64,000 nucleotides of DNA from Octopus bimaculoides (Eukaryota), in contig NC_068986.1 of the NCBI RefSeq assembly GCF_001194135.2, positions 15,976,812 to 16,040,811 of the forward strand. The letters run 5' to 3'. Made by a program: the position numbers and the translations under genes. A model generated the notes under the pieces. It saw nothing but the letters and a program-made list of their open reading frames with translations. It was not told where the DNA came from and searched no databases. Below, in pieces: positions 1 to 12,943 of the stretch (its first letter is position 1; the number at the start of each line of letters is the position of its first letter).

Positions 1-252
1 AGATAGATAGATAGATAGATAGATAGACAGACTGATGTGAGTGTGTGTGTATGTGTGTGTGTGTTTGAGTGTGTGCGTGGCGTTTGTCAGGCCCATGGCA
101 TTATGGGGAGTAAACTAAAAACTCGTGACGGCTTCACAGTATCAGTCAACAAACATGATGGTAATCTTGTCACAATACACATTCAACCACACACACACAC
201 ACACACGCACACCCACACACACACACACACACACGCACGCACGCACACACAC
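1..252. repeat. (GATA)n, (GT)n and (CA)n microsatellites
   Basis: Directly visible: AGAT repeat 1-28, GT-rich 36-78, CA repeat 187-252. Confidence 0.95.
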
Positions 253-996
253 TTCTTGGTCAAGCTAGTTGTGCTGAAATAAAATTAGGGTTTGTACACT
301 TTAACAATGTTTCGCTAGACAGAAACGAGTTGCCGTTTCTCTCATTGGGACACGATAAACAGAAAGTAGATTCTATTCACACAGATCCTAAATGTTATTA
401 ACAACTGAAGTGAATTGAAACAATGAGAGCAGAATCCATTTGGACAAATGGTCCTTCTTGCTCCACTGATGTGAATGTTACTACTAAACCAATTATCAGA
501 GTTAAAGAAACACATTCACCTCCCAGGGTGTTCCAATTACTACCAAAACATATGGAGAGATATTTAGATGTAAATATCGCCCAGCAGAAGCTCAGCTGCC
601 CATAAAACTCTTATCTGTGCGGTCAGCAGCTTCTGCTAACAATAAGATAAGTAATTAATTTAACATCGTCAAATACCATAGTAGATATAATTGTCTTGTT
701 TTGTTTTGATTCATGATACTGTTTATACGTTTCTTTCTCGATGGACAAGTTCGGTCGTGTTTAGTGTTTCAGTCCCATACACACATAGAGCGAACTTAAT
801 TAAATATCGTTTGAGTGTGTGTGTATGCATATCTATCTATCTATCTANNNNNNNNNNCATACGTTTGCATATAAATATATATACGCACACATACATTTTC
901 ATACAAGCATTTATGTACACACACACACATTTACATATGCATATACACAAATACACATGAATACATGTGTAACTATCTTTCTTTTTTCTTTATTGC

Positions 997-1215
997 TCAC
1001 AAGGCACTAAACATAGAGGGGACAGACAAGAACAGACAAAGGGATTAAGTCGATTATATCGACACCAATGCGTAACTGGTAATTGAATTATCGACCCCGA
1101 AAGGATGAAAGGCAAAGTCGACCTCGGCGGAATTTGAACTAAGAACGTAGCGGCAGACGAAATACCGCTAAGCATTTCGCCCGGCGTGCTAACGTTTCTG
1201 CCAGCTCGTCGCCTT
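997..1215 (-). mobile_element. SINE family A (octopod-type), near full-length copy
   Basis: Reverse complement reads GGCGACGAGCTGGCAGAAACGTTAGCACGCCGGGCGAAATGCTTAGCGG...GTTCTTAGTTCAAATTCCGCCGAGGTCGACTTTGCCTTTCATCCTTTCGGGGTCGATAA. It has Pol III A/B-box-like motifs and matches about ten other copies in the window. Confidence 0.9.
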
Positions 1216-1371
1216 TTTATCTCTCTGTACATTATTAGATACATACATACATACATACATACAAACATACATACACTTTAAAACATACATTTATATAGAT
1301 ACTTATATACTGTTATGCATGTATATTGTACGTAATTGCGCGTAGCAATACATATATGTACGCACATGATA

Positions 1372-1373
<2 letters not shown>

Positions 1374-1407
<34 letters not shown>

Positions 1408-1456
1408 ACTATATTATTCTGACGTGACTCTATCTTTCCATCTATCTATCTATCTG

Positions 1457-1497
<41 letters not shown>

Positions 1498-1515
1498 TTA
1501 TCTATCTTTCTATCT
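1374..1515. repeat. (TA)n and (TCTA)n microsatellites running into a gap
   Basis: Directly visible. Confidence 0.95.
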
Positions 1516-2184
1516 NNNNNNNNNNNNNNNNNNNNNNNNNNNNNNNNNNNNNNNNNNNNNNNNNNNNNNNNNNNNNNNNNNNNNNNNNNNNNNNNNNNNN
1601 NNNNNNNNNNNNNNNNNNNNNNNNNNNNNNNNNNNNNNNNNNNNNNNNNNNNNNNNNNNNNNNNNNNNNNNNNNNNNNNNNNNNNNNNNNNNNNNNNNNN
1701 NNNNNNNNNNNNNNNNNNNNNNNNNNNNNNNNNNNNNNNNNNNNNNNNNNNNNNNNNNNNNNNNNNNNNNNNNNNNNNNNNNNNNNNNNNNNNNNNNNNN
1801 NNNNNNNNNNNNNNNNNNNNNNNNNNNNNNNNNNNNNNNNNNNNNNNNNNNNNNNNNNNNNNNNNNNNNNNNNNNNNNNNNNNNNNNNNNNNNNNNNNNN
1901 NNNNNNNNNNNNNNNNNNNNNNNNNNNNNNNNNNNNNNNNNNNNNNNNNNNNNNNNNNNNNNNNNNNNNNNNNNNNNNNNNNNNNNNNNNNNNNNNNNNN
2001 NNNNNNNNNNNNNNNNNNNNNNNNNNNNNNNNNNNNNNNNNNNNNNNNNNNNNNNNNNNNNNNNNNNNNNNNNNNNNNNNNNNNNNNNNNNNNNNNNNNN
2101 NNNNNNNNNNNNNNNNNNTATATATATATATATATATATCATGACTGTATATATATCATGTGTATATATGTCCTTTGTGCGAAC

Positions 2185-2290
2185 AGTTTTTCTTTTCATT
2201 TTTTTACGTATTCACTCCATTGGACTGCGGTCATGCTGGGGTAACACCTAATATTTTAACCAGTAAAATTGATTCCAGTATATGTTTGAA
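2185..2290 (-). mobile_element. SINE family C 3' fragment (degenerate)
   Basis: TTGGACTGCGGTCATGCTGGGG is the reverse complement of the GCTCCAGCATG(G/A)CCGCAGTCAA motif at 30118 and 61987. Confidence 0.55.
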
Positions 2291-3054
2291 ACGTAAGGCG
2301 TTGACTGTTTAGCCCTATCATATATTCCAGGGACATATACTCCATATATGGTCCTAGGGACATACATTCCAGGAATTAATCATACTGTTTAACAAACCTT
2401 GAGAAATATACACAGTCACACAACACATACGTGCACAATACCTTCCCTTTGTCATTGAAGCCATAATTAAACTAGATGTAGTAGAATAATTCTACTACCA
2501 ATTGGAACATAACCCTAATTTTCTTTCTTTTCTTATTTACGTTTTCTTCCACTTTTTTGTATCAATATTCTCGTTTTTATTTATTACTTTTTGATCTCGT
2601 GGTTTATAACCTTACTGCGTCCTGATTTCCAAACAGAACGGACTATGTGCTCCAAGCCTGGAGGTTACTTGAGGACACAAGGCACGCTATAAAAAAACCT
2701 ACCTAGATACGTGTCTTCACAGGAAGAAACTATTCACCTGTCACTGGATGGATAATTTTTTGCTGATGTTACTGTAACAGAATAGTATACAGCACATACA
2801 TACACGTATACATACACACACCCTCATACATACATACGTACATACATATATAACTACATACATACATACATACCTACATGCAAGCACGCACACTCACACA
2901 CGACCATGCAAACACGCGCGCGCACAAGCACACATATTTACGCACACAGTTTCAATGATAGCCCTATTAAATAATATATCAGTGAAACCAACGCAAAATA
3001 ATACTGTAGAAATGCCATGCCCGAAACTTGAAATGTATAATATAAATTAACTAC

Positions 3055-3491
3055 AAGGCGGTGAGGTGGGAGAAACTTTAGCACGCCGGGCGAAATGCTT
3101 AGCAATATTTCGTCTGTTATTACATTCTGAGTTCAAATTTCGCCGAGGTTGAATTTGCCTTTCATCCTTTCGGATTCGATAAATTAAGTACTAGTTACAC
3201 ACTGGGGTTGATGTAATCGACTTAATGCCTTTGTCTGTCCTTGTTTGTCCCCTTTATGTTTAGCCCCTTGTGGACAATAAAGAAATAAGAATCGTTAGCA
3301 CGCCGGGCGAAATGTTTAGCGGTATTTCGTCAGTGTTTACGTTCTGAGTTCAAGTTCCGGTAAGGTCGAGTTTGCCTTTCTTTCTTTCGAAGGTCAGTAA
3401 ATTATGTACCAGTTGCGTACAGGGGTCGATTTAATCGACTGACCTACTCCCCCCCCCAATTTCGGGCCTTGTGCCTAGATTAGAAAAGAAT
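3055..3491 (+). mobile_element. SINE family A, head-to-tail dimer
   Basis: Two consecutive units each contain TTAGCACGCCGGGCGAAATG...GTTCTGAGTTCAA...GGT(T/C)GA(A/G)TTTGCCTTTC. The two 3' tails differ, and the second unit starts near 3290. Confidence 0.9.
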
Positions 3492-4309
3492 ACAAAATCA
3501 GATATAATGATCCTCAAGACCATATGTTTAGAATAAACAAAAAATANNNNNNNNNNNNNNNNNNNNNNNNNNNNNNNNNNNNNNNNNNNNNNNNNNNNNN
3601 NNNNNNNNNNNNNNNNNNNNNNNNNNNNNNNNNNNNNNNNNNNNNNNNNNNNNNNNNNNNNNNNNNNNNNNNNNNNNNNNNNNNNNNNNNNNNNNNNNNN
3701 NNNNNNNNNNNNNNNNNNNNNNNNNNNNNNNNNNNNNNNNNNNNNNNNNNNNNNNNNNNNNNNNNNNNNNNNNNNNNNNNNNNNNNNNNNNNNNNNNNNN
3801 NNNNNNNNNNNNNNNNNNNNNNNNNNNNNNNNNNNNNNNNNNNNNNNNNNNNNNNNNNNNNNNNNNNNNNNNNNNNNNNNNNNNNNNNNNNNNNNNNNNN
3901 NNNNNNNNNNNNNNNNNNNNNNNNNNNNNNNNNNNNNNNNNNNNNNNNNNNNNNNNNNNNNNNNNNNNNNNNNNNNNNNNNNNNNNNNNNNNNNNNNNNN
4001 NNNNNNNNNNNNNNNNNNNNNNNNNNNNNNNNNNNNNNNNNNNNNNNNNNNNNNNNNNNNNNNNNNNNNNNNNNNNNNNNNNNNNNNNNNNNNNNNNNNN
4101 NNNNNNNNNNNNNNNNNNNNNNNNNNNNNNNNNNNNNNNNNNNNNNNNNNNNNNNNNNNNNNNNNNNNNNNNNNNNTTTTGCTCAAGAACGTAACGCAGA
4201 TCCGTTCTAGGAATCGAAACCACAAGTATACGCGCACCGGCACACGTGAAGGTCTCTGGCGGCGATCGGCTTAGGCGTAGGTATTAAACAATTATAGAAG
4301 GTTTACAGC

Positions 4310-4560
<251 letters not shown>

Positions 4561-5151
4561 AAGTTAATAGTAATGTCATTCTCTTACTAAAGTAATATTA
4601 AGTAATTTAAGTTTCCCAAGATAACCTTCACGTGAAACCTTTGCAGACGTTGAAAGAACAATATTAATTCATAAACTATGTTGTTGCTTGTACTTTGTAA
4701 CAGAAACCGACTCAAATGTTCTGTCCCTACTTGTTATATAATTTATCATGTTGTGATCCGGAATAACACATCCGGCGGTGGATTATATCTGACATGTGTG
4801 ATTAATTATAATATTTAGCAAGAATATATCGTTTACATTTTCATATCTGTTCTCTGATTTAATCACCCTCATATAATATAATATGATATAATATATACAT
4901 ATATATATTACTCATAAAATACAGTGTACATTTAAACACAGGAAAGGTATACATCATAGGATTCCTCACGCTAGAAACAATAGCTATGTTCCAAAACCAC
5001 TATTTGGGATAAAATTTCGAAAGGAATGAAATGAAATAAAAAAAACATTTAACATCTAATTTCCTGGACCAATTGGTTTCTGATGTTTATTTTCGCAAAT
5101 AAAATAATTTGCTAGGCGAAATCTTCATCAACCGTTACACATCAGATTAAA

Positions 5152-5193
<42 letters not shown>

Positions 5194-5442
5194 NNNNNNN
5201 NNNNNNNNNNNNNNNNNNNNNNNNNNNNNNNNNNNNNNNNNNNNNNNNNNNNNNNNNNNNNNNNNNNNNNNNNNNNNNNNNNNNNNNNNNNNNNNNNNNN
5301 NNNNNNNNNNNNNNNNNNNNNNNNNNNNNNNNNNNNNNNNNNNNNNNNNNNNNNNNNNNNNNNNNNNNNNNNNNNNNNNNNNNNNNNNNNNNNNNNNNNN
5401 NNNNNNNNNNNNNNNNNNNNNNNNNNNNNNNNNNNNNNNNNN

Positions 5443-5760
<318 letters not shown>

Positions 5761-6768
5761 GAACACTAAAATCAAGGTTATGTAGAACCAGAAGTAGTAC
5801 TAAGAAGCTATCACTGAAATGTCGGATCGAAGTGGTAAATACGTACACTGCATCCGTCATCCATTACCACGTGACCGTCGAGCCTTCAAGGCTGATCAAA
5901 ACAGAGCGCTCGGTCCTCCCCTTTTCATCGAAGGGTTCGTGTTCCCTTGTTTAGGCAATCCAGTTGCTGTCAATATCTGCCGGGTGGTGGACTGGTCTTG
6001 CCGTAGCTAATGATACGCAAGCGTGGGCTGCGGCGTTTCCCTGACGTCGCCGTTTGTAGGATTCGATCTTCAACAGCTCGTCTCTTTGACGTTTGTTTAT
6101 TATTTTCGTTATTTTTTTATGTTGATCTGTAGCTTCCTTCTTTCTTTCTTTCTCAGCCATGTAAATGCTAGGCCAGAGATGAGATTCATTACTTTTCTGA
6201 AGTTTTATTCTGTCTGAAAGTTTTATAACTCTAAGCGTTTTATATTCATCTCATTTCACGAATGCAACAGAGTTTGGGCACTTATTGTTGTATAAGAACC
6301 TTTACTATAAAAAGTAGATATTTTACTTCTCTCTTGGGAAGCGCAATAAATTCCAACATGACACATCTGGCAATGAACTGTTAAGGTAAATGTTCCTTAG
6401 ATGTATTCGTCTAAATCTGCCTTTGTCTACGGCGAACTAACTTTGATTTGAAATTTTCAATACTGCCTTTTTGCTTCTGATTAACAATGTAGCTTCGGCA
6501 AATCTTACACCTTTTCCAGATGAAACTCTTAATTAAATATGCAAAGTGATTTAGAAATTTATTTCACATTTACTGAGAAATTTTTTTTTCTGTTATTCCG
6601 TATATGATAATCACATGTACACTTTCTTTCTTTCTTTCTTTCTTTCTTGTTGGAGATGATTGAAGGTAAAATATCTGCTGTGTAACAAAAAAGAGTACAG
6701 AAGGTTGGCAATCTACTTCATCTGCTATGTTTTCCTTTAGCTTCAGCAATTAATGTTATTAATATATG

Positions 6769-6847
6769 CTCCTCTCGGCATACCTGTCCTGCTCACGGCA
6801 TACCTGTTCTCCTCTCGGCATACCTATGTGCCTCTCAAGCATACATA
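6769..6847. repeat. 20-bp minisatellite, about 4 units (CTCCTCTCGGCATACCTGTY)
   Basis: Units start at 6769, 6789, 6809 and 6829 (the last degenerate). Confidence 0.85.
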
Positions 6848-8478
6848 CATAAATCCCTTGATATTCGTGAACGACTCGGCTAAAGATCATATCCAACACA
6901 CACCGTGCGTTGTCTCATCCAACTTCTGGTCAACATTTTCCTGTGTCCTAAATTCTAGAAAGGATGTTAGTGAGTGTCTTCAGATTCGTGGTGTGATGAG
7001 GGACTTATTTATCTCAAGACGGAATGACAGTCTTTCAGAGTGTCATGCTTATATAATTTCTTGACTATTCTCAGCAGATAATTTAAATAAAACAATAAGT
7101 CATCCTGACGACTTAAGTAACATGGAAATCCGAACAGGAAAAAATTAAGTTTTCTTTCTAAAATAAAACCATAAACAGGAAATAAATGTGTACTCGTAAT
7201 TTCTCCGAAAATAGACCAGTCAATTCTAGACTTAACATAAATCAATTTTATAATTAACCAAAAGGTGAGTATATTTTCCAGTACTTTATAATTAATGGAA
7301 ATTACAACATCCATGTACATATGATATATCCAGTTTGTTTGAGATTTTAGGTTTCCTTATATAATATTTCACAACGCAAATGTTCCTGAATCATATAGCA
7401 TTATAAACAGGCCTTGTTTGCCTCTATTGTCTGTCTCTTCCTTTGTTTGAATATTATCATATGAAATATAATACAGTCTCGCTATTATTGCTATCATTTT
7501 TACATCTCAAGATATACAACTTCAGCCACGGTAATTGCAGGAAAGGAGTTACAAAAGCTTGACGAAGGAACAAAATATATTGAGCAAATGTCTAATCCTT
7601 AAATCGTTTTGAAACGTAAAGGAAATTCCATTTTGTAAGTAAAAGTGCAATATTTTGTTGAAAAAACTTTGAATTTTTTAGCCACTCCCTTATACAGGAT
7701 CATATTTAGTGGCTTATCTGAGGAATCGATACCGCAGAGATATTGTTGTAACAAAAACCAACGAAAGACAATCGTTTGGAACAGTACTATACATTCTCAG
7801 CTCAAATTGTTCGACGTCATTATATAACATTGTATCAACGCAATGCGTAAACATTCAGAAAATCCCTCTTCGCTGCTATACAATGTAAGCAGAGTACATT
7901 GAAATTACATAATATTCTATTATAAAAGAATGAATATCTGCTTTATGAACAGAAGCATTGTAATTCGAAGATATTATTAACAAAATGTCATAGCATATGC
8001 TCCATGACAATATGTTTTATATCCAGGTAATTCAAATGCAAATACAAAAGGGCAGAAAATTTATATGGAAAATATAGCATTCTAACAGAACTATAATGCG
8101 GTGAATAATAGGCAGGTAATAAGTTACCTGCGAAACGAGTTTCTGAACGAATATCTATTCACTTGATAAATTACACACTGCAATAAAGATTTTGTTACCG
8201 AGATGTGTAGAGGTAATTCTATCTATAATACTTTCCGTAAGCTGATTAAAATAGTTTGGTTAGAATTAGCTAAACGAAAATTATGCATTCTTGGAGATAT
8301 GTTAATATAAGCGCTGACATAGCATTCTGGTTGCGAATATTGCTTTATAGCTAAGTGGATTCCTGTTCAATCCCACTGTGCGGCACCGTGTGAAAATGCG
8401 CCGCTGTGGACAACTCTGAGCCTATTAATTATTTGTGAGTAAATTTGTGACATGAAAACTGTAAGGAGAGCCCACATA

Positions 8479-9055
8479 TACATGTATGTCAAGAGTTGAA
8501 TTGACAGAACACAACAAGGAGAAGAAGTTAGACGGAAGCAGAGCAGTCGCAAAACTAGACGAAAGCTTAAAAGACGGGGAACACATTGAATATTAGCAGC
8601 TGAATTTTCCTCGTAGGTCAATGAGCCAAAATATCATCCTGGCTTCGCGCCATTACCATTGAGACCATTCAATCTTGGAGGCGCCTGTGCTGTTATAAAG
8701 CTACTAGGAAAAAGTTAGCGACTGTATACTGAGACAGAAACAAACAAGATAAAAATATAACAGACAGCGAATAATGCCTTAATAACAGCACGACGCCTTG
8801 CGGCTATGCAACAGAATAATAATAATTATTATTATACAAATACCAGAAATATTACAAACAGATCTTCGCAGCTATCGAAGGAACTTAGTAGGGCTGCGCA
8901 GCATGAAGTGAGGTAAGTCCAAATGGACGTAGCAATAGCCCAAACCAGCATGACCAGTCTGGTGAAAGTCAGGGCCAAAAAGAACAATACTGCTTTCACC
9001 GGACACCGGTCACGTGGAACGGAAGCGAAAGTATAGAGAGAGGGAAAGAATGGGA

Positions 9056-9140
<85 letters not shown>

Positions 9141-9853
9141 AGATAGGAGGAAGGAGCAGAGGGAGTGGAGAAATAGAGTGAAAGAAAGAAAATAATGGTA
9201 CAAGGGAGACAAGTAAGGGTGAAAGAGTGGATAAGACTGGAGAAAGAGATAGAGTAAGAGTAAAATTGGACAGAGATAGAATATTAGTAAAGAGAGTTGT
9301 ACAATGAATATTCAAGGAAATATCTTTTATAATAGATTAAACAAACAGGGTTTGCATTGCGCTACATAGATGTATCAAAGTTTGAACAGACAGAACACAA
9401 CAAGGAAAAAAATTTAAACGGAAACAGAGCAAACAGGAAACTAGACGAAAACTTAACGGAATGGGGAATATAGACAAAGACACGATACACAGAATGTTCG
9501 CAGGTGAGTTTTCCTCGCCAGTTAATAAGCCAAAATATTATCGAGGTTTCGCGCCATTATCCTTGAGACAAGTCAGTCTTGGAGGCGCCAATGCTGTTAT
9601 TAAGCTACTGGGAGAAACAAGGTGAATGTATACTGTGATAGAAAGAAACAAGACATTATATAGATACAACACACGAAGAATTATGAATATATAACAGCAC
9701 GAAAACTTACGGCTATATACAACGGAAGAAATATAATGATGATTATACATATACCACAAATACGACAAAAAAATGCTTTGCAGCTATCGAACAAACTTAG
9801 TGGCGTTGCGCAGGGGGAAACGGAGTAAGTCCTAATGGTCGTGGGAGAAGCCA
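8479..9853 (+). repeat. Diverged direct duplication, about 470 bp x2 (8479-8942 and 9363-9853), separated by a (GA)n-containing spacer
   Basis: Collinear shared blocks: GACAGAACACAACAAGGA, AAACTAGACGAAA, TTTTCCTCG, AGCCAAAATAT, TTCGCGCCATTA, TCTTGGAGGCGCC, TGCTGTTAT-AAGCTACT, TAACAGCACGA, GCAGCTATCGAA, AACTTAGT, GTAAGTCC-AATGG. Confidence 0.9.
9060..9137. repeat. (GA)n microsatellite
   Basis: Directly visible. Confidence 0.97.
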
Positions 9854-9909
9854 ATATATACGAATGAGTGGACAAACAAAAGAAGGACACTCAACCAATT
9901 TACTGGGAG

Positions 9910-10090
9910 ATACATGTATGGATCAAAACTGTTTGATTCAAATTCGTCGGTAATTTTGAGTGTCAAGCGTGTTGATAGTTGTCAGCCATTTTGAATTTGA
10001 TAAAATTCAAAATGGCTGACGACTAGCATCACGCTTGAAACTCAAGTGTACCAACGAATTTCACACAAGCGGCTTTGATCCATATGTATA
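9910..10090. mobile_element. Foldback/MITE-like palindrome with ~89-bp arms and a 4-nt loop
   Basis: The inner 18 bp (GTCAGCCATTTTGAATTT / AAATTCAAAATGGCTGAC) are perfect around the loop GATA at 9999-10002. Arms stay about 80% complementary out to ATGGATCAAA / TTTGATCCAT. Confidence 0.75.
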
Positions 10091-10572
10091 TACATAACAC
10101 TCAACGTACTGCAGAGACCACTACTGAGTCGCTTCCGAAAAAAGAAAAGCCGTTGGAAAAGAGATTATAGCAGCGGCTCCATCTAAGACTATCTGAAGAA
10201 AGAAGCGTATTCCGAAATATCATCGGACTATGGATAGCTAAATTACAACAGGTATATAGTCAGTTTTTTGCATTATAGTGCATTGTTGTACTATTCAAAA
10301 CTTTATATTCTTTAGTAGGTATACAGTTGTGGAAAAAAAACCCCCACGCACAATAGACATTTATGTCTATCAAAAAAATTAAAACTTACAATAAAAGTAT
10401 TATCACAGTTATGATGAATGTATTATCATGATTAATGACACCGAAAATATCAAAATTGAGGCCAACTAATTTAATATGCTGACAACTGAGAATAATTAAG
10501 TATTATAACATTGATGTGATACATACTGTATACCTGCTTTTGCAGCACCACCCCTGTATATGATATATATAT

Positions 10573-10620
<48 letters not shown>

Positions 10621-12733
10621 NNNNNNNNNNNNNNNNNNNNNNNNNNNNNNNNNNNNNNNNNNNNNNNNNNNNNNNNNNNNNNNNNNNNNNNNNNNNNNNN
10701 NNNNNNNNNNNNNNNNNNNNNNNNNNNNNNNNNNNNNNNNNNNNNNNNNNNNNNNNNNNNNNNNNNNNNNNNNNNNNNNNNNNNNNNNNNNNNNNNNNNN
10801 NNNNNNNNNNNNNNNNNNNNNNNNNNNNNNNNNNNNNNNNNNNNNNNNNNNNNNNNNNNNNNNNNNNNNNNNNNNNNNNNNNNNNNNNNNNNNNNNNNNN
10901 NNNNNNNNNNNNNNNNNNNNNNNNNNNNNNNNNNNNNNNNNNNNNNNNNNNNNNNNNNNNNNNNNNNNNNNNNNNNNNNNNNNNNNNNNNNNNNNNNNNN
11001 NNNNNNNNNNNNNNNNNNNNNNNNNNNNNNNNNNNNNNNNNNNNNNNNNNNNNNNNNNNNNNNNNNNNNNNNNNNNNNNNNNNNNNNNNNNNNNNNNNNN
11101 NNNNNNNNNNNNNNNNNNNNNNNNNNNNNNNNNNNNNNNNNNNNNNNNNNNNNNNNNNNNNNNNNATATATATATATATATATATTTAGATTATATAAGG
11201 AAGAAATACAGAGTGAGAGAGAAAAACAACAGAGAAATAGATAGAAAGATAGATAGATACATACATACATACATACATACATACATACATACGTATATAA
11301 ATACATACATACATACATATGCGTGTATTTCTTGCGTGTGCGTGCATTGCTTTGGCATCTGACATATACGTGGCGAATCCTACAGAACCCCAGCATGTCT
11401 GCAGTCTAATGTCTCAAACAAGTAAAAGATAAAGATTTTATTAAGGCTGCAATCGCTTCACATCGATCGCGTGATTCCTACCTTTGAATTGGTATACGAA
11501 CGTAAGTCCAATCCACGATGGGTGTTTATTACTAGTTTATATTCGGAAACTCTGCTCAATATCCTAAAGGAAAAGGAAGAACGCTGCAGAGGTTTATGAC
11601 GCAGTAAGTATAGGCCATAAACCCGCAAATTCAGCAGTATCTTCGTACGCGTAATATTTACAGTTTATCCCAAGTCAGAACAAAGTTAAGATATTCTCTC
11701 TTCTATGACCATTTCTACAAAGCCATTCAATGAAGTCCCCGAAATACTATTAAAACTATATAAAATTCACTGATAAATGGGGTTATGTTTTTGCTATAGA
11801 GAATTCGGATTTGATAGCCAAACTTAGATTCCTGAAGTGAATTCAGCTTTACTAAATCAGTAATAATTTGCATTTCTATTAGCCCTGTTTTCTGTTACAA
11901 TTTCTAGCTGAATGACACTTATGTTATTGCACGGATACCCTTGGGAAGTAAAACTGCACGAATGCTTTTGGGGAGGGCAGTGAAGGTTGCACTTCTAAAC
12001 TTTACAGCTAGCTTAAACAATACTGTTAAGTGATCTTAACACGATGACGGTGATACTTTATTGTCAATTATTATAAAGGGAACACTGTTGACTAACTAGC
12101 AGAAACGTTAGCACGCTGGACAAAGTGTTTGATAACAAGTTGTTGTTTCTTCCTCTCTTGATATTGAACTGGTAAATTGTACATCTTAAGGGGCATAAGC
12201 AGTGTAGTAGAGAAACATACCATTAAAAATATGATATTCGTTGGTATCGTAAAACACTATTTTCCGTTCACAGAGACGTATAACCACCCAGATCAGAACA
12301 TTCAAAAGGTGCCAGCACGTTACGGGGTTCAAAGCTTTAGAACTTGACTGGTATTTATTTTATTGCTACCGAAATGACAAAATGACTCCGGATGGACTTC
12401 TAAATCAGAACTTAAACTATCGAAAGAATTGCTGCTAAGCTTTTGCATTCGACGGGCTAACAATTTTTCAAACCCAACATCTTTAAAATGTGGAATAATA
12501 AATCTTTATTTACAGGTTTAATCATTTACCGACTTACTCTTAAAGCAATTTTTTACACATTCTCTCGAAACGTGTTATATGTAGAAAAACTTGAATCATG
12601 ATTTTCCACACTTCAGTTCATATCGCAAACGGTGAACAACAGATACAGGTTTCTAACAGGCCCTTCGCTTGTCCACTGTGTTTCATCTGACTAGAAAACC
12701 GAAAAGGAATGCTCTGGAGCCAGAGCAGAAAAG

Positions 12734-12943
12734 TACAGTAATCCCTCACCATATCGCGGTTCACCTATCGCGCACTCAGTACATCACTGATTTTTCTGGC
12801 TAATATATGTAAATTTATATCGCCGAGTCCTCGGCTTATCGCGGGTTTCTGCGGCCGATTGGTGCTTATATTTTTTTAGATTTTAATTATTTCTGTGGGG
12901 CGTTTTGGAACGTAACACCCAAGATAGTCGACGCATTACTGTA
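12734..12943. mobile_element. Tc1/mariner superfamily Tigger/pogo-like MITE (~206 bp)
   Basis: Starts TA-CAGTAATCCCTCACCATATCGCGG and ends GATAGTCGACGCATTACTG-TA: imperfect TIRs (CAGTAAT.../...ATTACTG) with a TA target duplication. CAGTAATCCCTC is a typical Tigger-type terminus. No coding capacity. Confidence 0.8.

Noticed and set aside
423-605. 60-aa ORF with PRVFQLLPKH, reminiscent of the CR1 C-terminal FNxLPKH motif
   Set aside because: A single short motif, with no flanking CR1 blocks recognisable.
8617-9625. Conserved small peptide in the duplicated unit (…GFAPL.LR…LGGA.AVIKLLG)
   Set aside because: Substitutions show no synonymous bias and copy 1 has in-frame stops; DNA-level homology explains the similarity.
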